64,000 nucleotides of DNA from assembly GCA_028534125.1 (NCBI GenBank), contig CM052817.1:49354001-49418000 (forward strand), given 5' to 3'. The position numbers and the translations under genes are program-made. Shown here piece after piece: positions 1-11,148 of the stretch. The stretch's first letter is position 1, and each line of letters begins with the position of its first letter. Below the pieces are notes generated by a model. That model worked only from the letters and a program-made list of their open reading frames with translations. It was not told where the DNA came from and made no database searches. This stretch comes from Lama glama. Taxonomy: Eukaryota.

Positions 1-294
1 ATGATTTAGGAGAACTATAATAAGAAAGAATTAAAGGTGAGTTAAGATCCCGCTAGATGAACTCCTTCCAAGGATCTATGTTAGTAATTAATAACATGAC
101 TGATGAAGAGTCTAACACTGTTTACCAGTGTGTCCTCCTAACTACTGTGTACTGCCTCTATCTCATTTCTTGCTTATACGCACACATTTGCACAGATACA
201 TATAACAGAAGACACTGACCTCACATCACACATCTCCTTCCCTAGGACGCATTAGGGATGAGGTCTATTAAAACAAAGCCATTACTAAAAACTT

Positions 295-860
295 TCGAGG
301 AGTTTCCTCAAAAAATATAAAATAGAATTACCATATGGTCCAGCTATTTCTCTTCTGGCTGTGTATACAAAAGAACTGAACCTAGCACCCCAAGGAGATA
401 TTTGCACACCATATTCATAAAGGCATTATTCACAAGAGCCAAGAACTTGAAACAACCCAATTCTCCATGAACAGATACAGCAATAAAAAAAAAGTGTGGA
501 ACACAAAAACACTGGAATATCACTCAGTCTTTACAAGAAGATTCTGACACACGACACATGAATGAACCTTAGGATAAGGGAAGTAAGCCAGTGACAAACA
601 GACAAGTACTATACAACTCAACAGATATGAGGTATCTGGACTAATCAAATTTGTAGAAACACAGAGTAGAATCATGATTGCAGGGGGCTGGGATCAAAGA
701 GGAAAATGGAGTTTTTAATGGGCACAGACTTCCAGTTTTGCCAGATGAAAAAGTTCTACAGATCGGTTCCACAAAGTGAATGTACTTAACACTTCTGAAC
801 TACAGACTTAGGAATGACTAAGATGGTAAATTGTATGTTACATATATTTTACCAGTTTTT
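295..860 (+). mobile_element. Old L1 (L1M-type) 3' end fragment
   Basis: Typical L1 3' motifs (atagaattaccatatggtccagc..., gcattattcacaagagccaag, gaaaaagttcta...gaatgtacttaac). Boundaries approximate. Confidence 0.75.
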
Positions 861-995
861 TTTTTCAAAAAGCCACTACTCAAATAATTCCTGATTGTAT
901 CAGAATTTTTTCTATTCAGCTGTTTGTAGCAATCCTTTCAATAACGTTTGCTATGCTGTTGCTCATTTGTAATGGAGAAAATTCTTTTTTGACAG

Positions 996-1127
996 GAAAT
1001 GGAAGAGTTTGTCCAGAGCTCAGGAGAAGATGGTATTGTGGTGTTTACTTTGGGGTCGATTGTCACTAACATAACAGAAGAAAGAGCCAATGTGATTGCA
1101 TCAGCCCTTGCCCAGATTCCACAAAAG
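996..1127 (+). CDS. UGT2B-family UDP-glucuronosyltransferase, exon 3 (132 bp)
   Basis: ttttgacag|GAAATG...CAAAAG|gtagat. Translates without stops as [44 protein letters not shown], the conserved UGT2 exon 3. The paralogue cannot be assigned. Confidence 0.93.
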
Positions 1128-3087
1128 GTAGATAAAGAAACATAATAGTGGATAACTATAAAATGAGACAGTTAAATCCTGTAAAAAGTTTGACTATAAA
1201 CATACTTTGCAAGAAAGGTAAATTATTACGATGGCTCCAACATGTCTCAAATATTTAAAAACCAGAATATACATAGCAGGTGCTGCAATAATACAGACAG
1301 TGTCTTGACAATGATTTTGGATACACACTATAATCAAGTAAATATATATGAGAGATGCAGTGCGAAATCTGGTTATTTTAATGGTACTCTGGGCAGGTAG
1401 AGAAATCACCAAATTCTGCCTTGTCATTGCTGCTTTCCTTGAAGGATTCCTGAGGACACAGTACACACACAGAAGTTCTCAGGAGTTAAATTTTAACAGT
1501 AATTGTACTAGCACAGTAATGTTGAGCAATGTTGATAAAGGTCGGAAATGTGCTATGCAGTTTATACTCGCCAGGTAATCCTGGCTGCCTTTATTTTCCC
1601 TAAATTTTGGAACAGATCTATTCAGTGTGCTTTTCAGGGTGCTATTCAGAGAAAGGGTTGTCAGGGCTCCCCAGGCTGCCTGCAGACACCCAGTCGGGCA
1701 CCATGATTTAGACAAAAACAAACATCAGCCTGCCCTGGGTGCCTTGGTCCTACCAAAGCCTGAAGCAGGAAGATAAAAGAGAAACGGTGAAGATGGGGTT
1801 CTGCCCTGAAGGTGAACCCTGTGCATTGTAAAGGGTGGACTTTAATGGACTCTGCATCCAGCCTATCAGATTACTCCTCCTGACTGAGGAGGGAGAATGG
1901 ACTATAAGAAAAAGTCAAGCATAAGGAAGACTGGCATGGAAAAGATTCTACTGCCTCCTTCCCCATATTATACAGCAGTAACTTATTCTCTACAAAATAA
2001 AATGCACCTGGGATCTTTGGTCATTTGTGACCTACTTCCTAGTTTACTATCTGATATTGTAGTCTTCTCTTAAACAACTAAGCTAATTTTTTGCTGAGAC
2101 TATAACGTCGCTTTCACTGACACAGCAAATAGAAATTGGACACCAGGAAATTATAATCCAATGTATAAGAATTACTTGGAAATCCAAAATGGGTGGCTTA
2201 TTTTGGTGCTGAGTATAAAAACCGCATTAACCACTGCTGTCAATGCACTGTGCTTCACTGTTGAAGTGTTCAGGGTCAGCTGCATAATTTTAGCATCCCA
2301 CTTTTGGAGCTTTTCCAATACCTTATTGTTATTTGTAAATTACCACATGCTCCTCCTTTCTAAACTTAAATGTTTTCACAACTACTAATAGTGGTAATAA
2401 TCTGGATTTATGTCAAAAAATACCAATTCTCATTTTTTTGGAAAAAGCGCTTAACAATTTGTAATCTAAAAGAAGTTTTACTTTCTAAGCAGCATTAATT
2501 GTCTTATTATTAACAAATCATAAATAAGCAGAAATACTTATTTCTTTTAAGTGGCTAACTGCAGGTAGTTTCTATTAGTAAATCAAAACATGTAAAATTC
2601 TAATAAAATAACTTGTCGCATTAATGAGTGGATATAAGTAAACTCCATTCCTTAAGAGTCGATAAGAAATAACTCAGCAAATAACAACTTTGAAAATCAG
2701 AGCTAGTATATAAAATAAAGCAAAACAAATGTGTAGATTACTAGTAATTTGCCACTGTTTTGTTTTTTCACTAGAATCCAGACTACCTAACAATTTCATA
2801 AATACTTGAATTTGTCACTGAAAAATTCATTTGTCAATGACATCACGCGTGAAATGTCATGATTCATTCCATACCTGATTGAACATAAAAATAAGTACGC
2901 AGAATGTGGGTATTCCTATTGATGTCAGTGCATTACTAGTCATCTCTACTTAGGATCTGCTGTCCTCATTTCCTGACCTGTCGTATGGAAGGCATTTAAC
3001 TGGATGTCTTTTCATCTCCTTACAATTCTCACGTGCTATAACTTTGAAGTTCAACTCACGAATAAGCTATTTACTTCACCCTAACAG

Positions 3088-3175
3088 GTTCTTTGGAGAT
3101 ACCATGGCAAGAAACCAGATACCTTAGGACCCAATACTCGGCTGTACAAGTGGATCCCCCAGAACGACCTTCTTG
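3088..3175 (+). CDS. UGT2B-family UDP-glucuronosyltransferase, exon 4 (88 bp)
   Basis: ctaacag|GTTCTT...CTTCTTG|gtgag. Translates as [29 protein letters not shown](G), the start of the UGT signature, in frame with exon 3. Confidence 0.93.
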
Positions 3176-3248
3176 GTGAGACCTGGGAGAGCAAATGCTG
3201 GAAACAAGGGTAACAGCTGAGGGGGTGACAGCACTGGGACAGGAATCC

Positions 3249-3748
3249 NNNNNNNNNNNNNNNNNNNNNNNNNNNNNNNNNNNNNNNNNNNNNNNNNNNN
3301 NNNNNNNNNNNNNNNNNNNNNNNNNNNNNNNNNNNNNNNNNNNNNNNNNNNNNNNNNNNNNNNNNNNNNNNNNNNNNNNNNNNNNNNNNNNNNNNNNNNN
3401 NNNNNNNNNNNNNNNNNNNNNNNNNNNNNNNNNNNNNNNNNNNNNNNNNNNNNNNNNNNNNNNNNNNNNNNNNNNNNNNNNNNNNNNNNNNNNNNNNNNN
3501 NNNNNNNNNNNNNNNNNNNNNNNNNNNNNNNNNNNNNNNNNNNNNNNNNNNNNNNNNNNNNNNNNNNNNNNNNNNNNNNNNNNNNNNNNNNNNNNNNNNN
3601 NNNNNNNNNNNNNNNNNNNNNNNNNNNNNNNNNNNNNNNNNNNNNNNNNNNNNNNNNNNNNNNNNNNNNNNNNNNNNNNNNNNNNNNNNNNNNNNNNNNN
3701 NNNNNNNNNNNNNNNNNNNNNNNNNNNNNNNNNNNNNNNNNNNNNNNN
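3249..3748. other. Assembly gap (500 N)
   Basis: Run of exactly 500 N. The round number suggests a placeholder of unknown true size. Confidence 0.99.
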
Positions 3749-4779
3749 GTGCAACTTTATTTCCCATGGTACGCATAGACACAAGAACAAAAACAAACCT
3801 ACTCACAGTATCCATTTTATTTTGCAAATACTTATAAGATTTTCACATTCTTTTGGTGCAGAATTTTGTAGTTTTATTACTACAGAAACTGTTCAATAAT
3901 TAGAATTGTGTAAATGATTCACCCTTCCATTTCATTTGTGAGACCACTAACACTTCTTGGTTTTTACTGTGCATCCAGCCTCAGAATCACTTCTTACCTA
4001 AAGCCATGGCAAGTCATTTACGTTTATGCAGGTTAAGTCATGTCCCAGTAAAATGTCTGTGGAATTAGGAATACAGCAACTGCTACCTGCTTCCTATTAT
4101 AAAACTGAGCTATTTGTGAAAAGCCTTGATATATGACTGAGTTTTCTTTTTCTCCCTAACTTTAAAAATATTCACCTGATCTCTTTTACTCCCATATTCA
4201 CTCAGCCTTTGGTAATAAGATTTAACTTCTCTACTGTAAGAAAATATTTAACTTGTACTCTAAAGGGACTTACTGAATTTTCATTCTCTCCAAATATACC
4301 TGAATATATCTATATGTGCTATTTATATCTATATCTGTATATATACTTACAAAACAAGACACAGCATCACTTACCTACTTGCAGATATGGTATGAAATTT
4401 AATGTGTTCATTGAACACACACTGAAATAATGGTTTTTATTCTATGGTACCACATTTTAGATCATGTGTGTCAATCTTTAATCTCTTTCCTCATTAGCCT
4501 ATTTTCCCATCCTTCCCATAAACATTCAATACGTCATCATGACAAAAAAATAATACAGACATCATTTTCTTTAAACCTAGGCCCACCATGACTGACATAA
4601 TCAGGAACAATGAGCAGGATACAGAAATTACATATATTTTATGGAAAACTGGTAAATCAAATGAAAGCAATCTGAAGGCACTCCTGAAAACTGCGTGTCC
4701 TGAAAGGACTTTATATCAAAGTGGTCCAGGTGATGAAATGCATACTTGTCTTATTGGTCAAAACCACCACCCAATAAAT

Positions 4780-5750
4780 TGTATTCCATTGTGTATATAT
4801 GCTACATCTTCTTTATCCATTCATCTATTGATGTGCACTTAGGATGCTTCCATGTCTTGGCAATTATAAAAAATACTGCTGTTTATAGTGAGGAGTAGGC
4901 ATCTTTTTGAATTAATGTTTTCATTTTTCTCAGGTCTATGCCCAGAAGTGGAATTGCTGGGCCATATGGTGGTTCTGTTTTGGGTTTTTGAGAAACCTCC
5001 ATATTGTTTTCCATGGTGGCTGCACCACTTTACATTTCCACCCACAGTGGACAGGGATTCTCTTTTCTCCACATCCTTGCCAATATTTGTTATTTGTGTG
5101 CTTTTTGACGGTGGCCATTCTGACAGATGTAAGATGGTGTCTCACTGTGATTGTGATTTGCATTTCCCTGATATTGGTGATGTTTCATGCTCCTGTTGGC
5201 CATCTGCATTTCCTCTTTTGGAAAAATGTCTGTTCAATTCTTCTGCCCATATTTTAAATGAGTTGTTTGCTTTTTTAACTGAAGTACAGTTGATTTAAAA
5301 TGTTGTATTAGCTTCTGGTGTCCAGCATGGATGAGCTTGGAGGGCATTATACTAAGTGAAATAAGTCAGACAGAGAAAAACAAATACTGTAAGATACCAC
5401 ATACATGTGGAATCTAAAAAAATACAACAAACTAGTGAATAGAACAGAAAAGAAACAGACTCACAGATGTAGAGAAGGAACCAGTGGTTACCAGTGGGGA
5501 GAGGGTAGGGGGTGGGAAAAGACAGAGGTGAAGGATTAAGAGGTACAAACTATCAGGTATAAAATAAGCTATAAGGATGTATTGTACAACATGGGGAATA
5601 TAGCCAATATTTTATAATAACTAGAATACAACTTTTAAAAGTTGTGAACCACTATATTATATACCTGTAACATAACATTGTACATCAACTGTACTTCAAT
5701 TTTAAAAATCTATTGTAAAATAAATACACAAATAAAGTTAAAGAAAAAAA
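4780..5750. mobile_element. L1 3'-region fragments: minus strand (~4780-5328) abutting a plus-strand 3' end (~5329-5750)
   Basis: gtattccattgtgtatatat...tttacatttccacccacagt is an antisense L1 ORF2 end/3'UTR. ggagggcattatactaagtgaaataagtcagacagag...aactgtacttcaat plus an A-rich tail is a sense 3' end. Confidence 0.8.
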
Positions 5751-6561
5751 AACACTGAAATCATATGACAAATATTCTCCAGCCTAAGACATAATTTATT
5801 TTAAAACAAATTAAACTATGGATGCTTGGGCAATTACAGGAAAAATTTACCACAGAAGTTTCCATACAAACCCTGTACATAACTGACACATTTTTAAAGA
5901 AAAATAGAACTAATATGGTGCCATATAGATAATATTGTTAAATCATGCATATAGTCTTAAATCATTTTTCTCTAATCTATCCTGCAACATAGTAACTAAA
6001 AAAGGATTGGTAGTCATTGCACAGTGAGAACTACTACAAATCTCCAATGAAAACAAACAAGTCCAACATGAAAATAAGTGAAGGATACGAACAGCAAATT
6101 CACAGAAGTGAAGTAGCTAACTACATACAAACCCTCAATTTGTCAAAAAACACAATACCTGTAAAGCGCAATAAAGCAAAGCACAGTGAAACAAGATATG
6201 TCTGTATCGCAAAGCCGAATTTGGAGCTGAGACTCAATAAACTGACAACTGGTAAAGCAGACACTATTTCAAACGTCTCATTTGTTAGCATCCCTTACGT
6301 TTTTGCATCCTTACTGCATCATGGTAAAATTCAGGTGAATAAGAGGCATGGCTTTCTTTTAAAATGAAGTTTGTGAAAGTGGAGACAGACAGAGCTGACA
6401 AAGGGGAACTTAAGAGTAGGCTCCTCTGGGTCGGCAGCCCCGCGGTTGGCCACTTTCCTGATCTCCAAATGTATAATGGAATAGACATACTAGCAGGCTG
6501 GACTCTTGCCTTACGTAATAGCTAGCTCAGTCTTGGTTAGGGTCATCCATTCTGTTACTCC

Positions 6562-7499
6562 TGAAGGCATATATAATGTGCCACTCCAAAATATACCACT
6601 TTGACATATGACTTTTTATTAAAGTTACTTAACAAACAGCTGGTGCAAGGATATTCTGAGCCTCCATTATTGCCCTAAGAGCAGGATATCAAACTCCCAT
6701 GTGCAGCTGCCCTCCCTATACCAGGAGAGAAGAAGCCATCCTTATCAACAGAGAGAGGGAACTCTGGGCTGAGAAGGCTTATAAACAAACTTTGTTACTT
6801 CACGAATTTGCAATCTGTTGGGCTGCATTATGCAGGCCTGCAAGGCCTGTATTTGCCCAACTTCAAGACTGAAGAAAGAGCTCGGAGTTGGCGACAGAGA
6901 TATCAATGGCTCAATGGATAGGGGGATCTTAACATGTTGGAAGCAAGGTCCTGGAGTGACACCCCACTGTGTGCAGCAGACAGAGAGCAGGACACGGACA
7001 CAGTCTTTGCTCAGGGGGGCAGGAGAAGGTTACCAGTTACAAAGGTTCGCTCATTGGTTACCAGGAAAATCAACAGAGGGGCACACCCCTCATCACCTCT
7101 TTGATAAGCTATCAGGGTGGCTTGAGTTAGACCAATCATTAGCTGGGGTCTGGCCCAAGTATGTAGGCAGGTCAGACAGGTGAGTAGGGTGTAGGTGAAG
7201 CAGGCGCTGCCTGAGCAGGGAATGTACAGAGAGCAAGAGAAAAGTCACCTTGAGTGTCCTGACCAGACAGTACCTCAAGCCCAAACCCCTTTATCTTGTC
7301 AACTCTTCACAAATGTATTGCTTCTTTGTCTAAAAGGTATAAAAGCTGCATGCTTTGGTCACTTCTTTGAATCTCATATTTTTACAGGATCTCATACGTA
7401 CAAAACTAACTTTTCCCTTGTTAATTTGTTTTATGGCAATTTAAGTATTAAGTCAGCCAATGAAACAAGGAGAGAAGGAAAAAGTTTTCCTCTCCAACA
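6562..7499 (+). mobile_element. Solo LTR, MER34-like (ERV1), interrupted by a second LTR
   Basis: Starts tgaagg...gccactccaaaatataccactttg, has tataaaag, ends aaaagttttcctctccaaca (TG...CA). Resembles the recalled MER34 consensus. Confidence 0.65.
6816..7269 (-). mobile_element. Solo LTR nested in the MER34-like LTR
   Basis: GC-richer TG...CA bounded block (tgttgggctg...gaccagaca) that splits the host LTR. Orientation inferred; no clear TSD. Confidence 0.5.
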
Positions 7500-7991
7500 G
7501 GCCCACGTGTAGCTTTTATCTCTGTACCCATCACCAACCAGTCTGTTCAGACATCCATCAAAGCAGCACTAGAGTGCCAGTTATTTGGTGCCTGGTCTAT
7601 GGTGAATATTAAATCAAATAATCCAAAATATATGGAAATATAGTATTTCATTGATTTAACTGGTAAATCTCTAATTATGAATATGAATGGTCACCTTTTT
7701 ATATGTCTGTTTTTGTTTTTTGTCCATTCCAGGTTTTTTTTTTTTCATGTACTGCACTCCTTTTCCATTGTGGAATTTTTCTACTGACTCTTCTTTGGTT
7801 TAGAGAAGTTACAAAAAGTCAATTTGTCATTTATAAAAAAATCTAGAATTCCAGAGCCATGGATGACAGTGGCTGAGAGTGACTGGCAAAGAAATAATAT
7901 CCATGAAGTCAAATAAACTGGTAGAAGTTAATCAGAAATTCGAGGTCAGGTTGATCAATCATGAGGACATGCAGACTGCAGGAGTCAGGAC

Positions 7992-8479
7992 TGTGAGGCC
8001 AATTGGCACCCTTCAACTTCCAACAACCCCCATTCCTAGGCTCCCAGGTGTCCACCTGCAAATCCCTCAAAAGTGAAAGTACGTTCTTCTCTGACGTGTG
8101 TTTGCCTAGCAGCATTAATAGCCTTAGGAAATGGGCTACTCTCATAATAGCTTGGGCTGGTTTGTTTTGACCCACGTATCCTTTTCAGAGTCATAAATCT
8201 CACTGCCCCTTCATGGACCCTAACTTCCTCACTTCGTCTACAACCAATCAGAAACTTGTGCATGAGCTGATTACACAGCCCCCAACCCATTGTGTTCACT
8301 AACCCCTCCCCATAAAGGACCCTAAGCTTTCACCATCAGGGCACACACAGGCACCTCTCGTCTGTCTGGCCCACTGCTGTCTGTGGCAGCGTACCAAATA
8401 AACTCCTTTACTATTCTCCTCCTTCGTCTCTCGTAAATTCTTACACCACCTGCTCACTGTCCCACCGGATTCCACAACA
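7992..8479 (+). repeat. 5' LTR of provirus
   Basis: tgtgaggcc...ccacaaca with CCAAT, TATA-like cataaa and AATAAA (8397-8402). About 92% identical to the 3' LTR by manual alignment. Confidence 0.95.
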
Positions 8480-8482
8480 TTT

Positions 8483-8500
8483 TGGTGGCCTGTACAGAGA
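8483..8500 (+). promoter_or_regulatory. Primer-binding site, tRNA-Ile(AAU)-like
   Basis: TGGTGGCCTGTACAGAGA matches TGGTGGCCCGTACGGGGA (complement of the recalled tRNA-Ile 3' end) at 15/18; two mismatches are CpG transitions. Starts 4 nt after the LTR end. Confidence 0.8.
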
Positions 8501-9426
8501 CGGGATATCTCTCTTCTCCCTTCTTTCTACTGGGGCTCTCCCTGGATTGATCAGAAGCTCCTAGACATTTCTCTGCGCCAGACTCCCTTGGGAGTGCGGA
8601 GGGTTGGAGAGCGTTTAGGACATCACATTGTCAGGAAAGGCTTCCCTGCAGGCTTTGTTCTCTAGGCAGGGATACTCCTTCCCTCTCTCTCTCTGCTTTG
8701 TCTGTCTCATACTCTCCTGCCTTTTCCTAGAGTTCGGGACTTCCCCAAAGTCTCACCAGTGACTGGTGGGCTCTGGCTGGGCTACTCTCAGCAAGCCCTG
8801 AAACGCAGTCTGACAAATGGGACTGGATGTTTAGCCCCCCCAGGCGAATGCAAATCTCACTCCATACTCCATCCCTGGGTCAGAAAGGACTCTCTCATTG
8901 GAGAAGGCACACATAAGGACTAGTCATCCAGTGCCCTGAGACACCCAGGACCCTGTCTCCTGGTTGGCCCCAGACCCGTACAAGGTGGGGATGACTCAGT
9001 GTGTCACAGCACTTGGAGCCCCCTCATAGGCAGCACACCATCTGGCCCAATACCCACGTCATCTTCCCTCTCTTCTTACTCCCTTCCCTCCCTTCTTACT
9101 CCCTTCCCTCCACCTTTCCCTTGTTCTGGCCTTGGCTACCGAAACACTTCTTAGTTCTGGGGCCTGACCCATTTGGTACACCTCTGTGTCTTCTCTCCAC
9201 TTTTTGTGAATCACACCTGCAGACTGGCTAAGCCTCCTGTCTTTGACCATCATGTGCCAGACAGAAGCCTCAATTTGGTGAGTCTCCCTGTCCTTTCTTC
9301 TGTTTCTAACGTTTCCGTAGGCCCCTACTGCTACAGGCTTCTCTTTTCTGATATGATGCCCCAGATTACGGGTTTGATAGTCCCTTTGTGGGTGTTTTCT
9401 TTTCTCCTCCTCTAATCACTATAGTG

Positions 9427-11148
9427 ATAGGGCAGGTCTTCTCAATCCCCCAGGACTCACCTTTGGGCTGCATTTTAAAGAACTGCCATTAAGTTTGATC
9501 CCCAGACATTAAAGAAAAGATGTCTTGTCTTTCTCTCTACCACCTGGCCATAGTACCAACTCCCAGATCAGGAGACTTGGCCCCTTCACAGGACTCTAAA
9601 CTATAACACCATTTATCAGTTTGATCTCTTCTGTCACAAGTTGAACAAACAGTCTTAGGTCCCCTATGTTCATGCCTTTATGGCCATCTCCCAAGATTCA
9701 GATCTCTGTAAAAATTGCTGCATGTCTCTTTCCCAATACTTGGAGGCATCATCACCCTCTGGCTCACCAGCATCTAACAGCAACCAGATATTCTAGATGA
9801 CCCTTTACTTTCCCAGGTTCCTAACAATAATCAATTCCCTTCTCTGTACCCTTCATTGCATCCAATGGCCTCTAACTCAGGGACTTCTTCAGATTCTTAT
9901 TTCTCCTCCCCGATCCCTCCTTGCTATTAGAATCCCTTCTCCCCACCACATACTAGAGCAGGTGTTATTTTTGACACAACAGGACCAGCATCCCCAGTCA
10001 AGACTGATATTCCAGAAGCCTCAAAGCAAGAGAATCTGTTACCCTTTCTTGAGGTTGCTAATGGCAAAGTGGGCACGATTCAGGTCCACGTCCCTTTCCC
10101 TCTGCCAAGTCTCCCACAAATACAGGCCAAATTAGGCTCTTTTAGCCAGAACCCTTCTCACTTCATACAGGAATTTCAGGCCCTCACCACAGCCTTTGAT
10201 CTGACCTGGCAGGACATATTTGTTATTTTCACCACCTGTTACACATGAAGAAAAAACTCACATTTGGTCCTCGGCTCAGAGCTGGGCTGACAAGGTCCAT
10301 GCTCATGCCACCCAAAATCCTAGATCTAGAGGTTCATCTAGGTCTGGGAAGGAAGCAGTCCCTGACTCAGATCCCCAGTGGTCTTATCAAGAGAGGACAC
10401 CAGGAGAGAATACCATAATCACATGATTATTTGTTTAATAGAAAGGATGAAGGTCACTTTTAAGCCTGTTAATTATACCAGACTGAGGGAAATTACCTAA
10501 GGACCAGATGAAAATCCAGCCCTTTTTCATTGCTGGTTGGCAGAGGCAATGACAAAATATACAAATCTTGACCCAGAAAACACAGAGGACCTTCCATTCT
10601 TGCAGTCCATTTCATTAGCCAAGTCACACCCGACAGTATACATAAACTTCAGTGGCTTGAACAGGGACCACAAACTCCTTTTCCTGTCCTACTAGACACA
10701 GTCTTTAAGGTTTTCAATAACTGGGAGGAAATATCGTGGGCTGAACAGGCAAAAAGGACAAAGAAAGAGACAAGCAGCAGGCTAAATACATGGCAGCCAC
10801 TATTGCCCACTCCCTGCCAGGTTCAACTCAACCGAGGCCCTATGGGACACCGGCCCCCAAGAAAGAGCCTACGTCTCTTGGGCCCTCTCCTGTTTGGTCC
10901 CAGTGCCAACAACGAGGACATACCAGCCAAGACCGGAGGTCTCCGCAGGGCCACGCCCCATCTGCAAGAAGAAGGGACACTGCAGACGGGACTGTCCCTC
11001 TCTCCCTCGTAGGAGAGGGCCATCCTCACTCCAGACCCCCTCGCCACGGCTTAAGCCTGTGGCTGGCCAGCAGATACCCTTGACCCTGCTCCTCAATCAT
11101 GAAGAGCCCTACGAAGACGGCGATGATTACAATTCTATCCTTGACTGA
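9427..11148 (+). pseudogene. ERV gag remnant
   Basis: (I)GQVFSIPQDSPLGCILKN..KFDPQTLKKR matrix start; GPDENPALF capsid MHR region (~10501); two degenerate CCHC knuckles (CQQRGH, PICKKKGHCRRDC); TGA at 11146-11148. Many stops and frameshifts. Confidence 0.88.

Noticed and set aside
3071..3899. Three 230-250 aa ORFs in the ORF track
   Set aside because: Artefacts of reading through the 500-N gap.
4839..5298. Cluster of 75-136 aa ORFs (also at 25312-25719 and 31420-32034)
   Set aside because: All derive from decayed L1 ORF2/3'UTR sequence.
6017..6500. 116-aa ORF and neighbouring GC-richer stretch as a possible missing UGT exon or pseudogene
   Set aside because: No UGT or other recognisable motif; non-ATG start.
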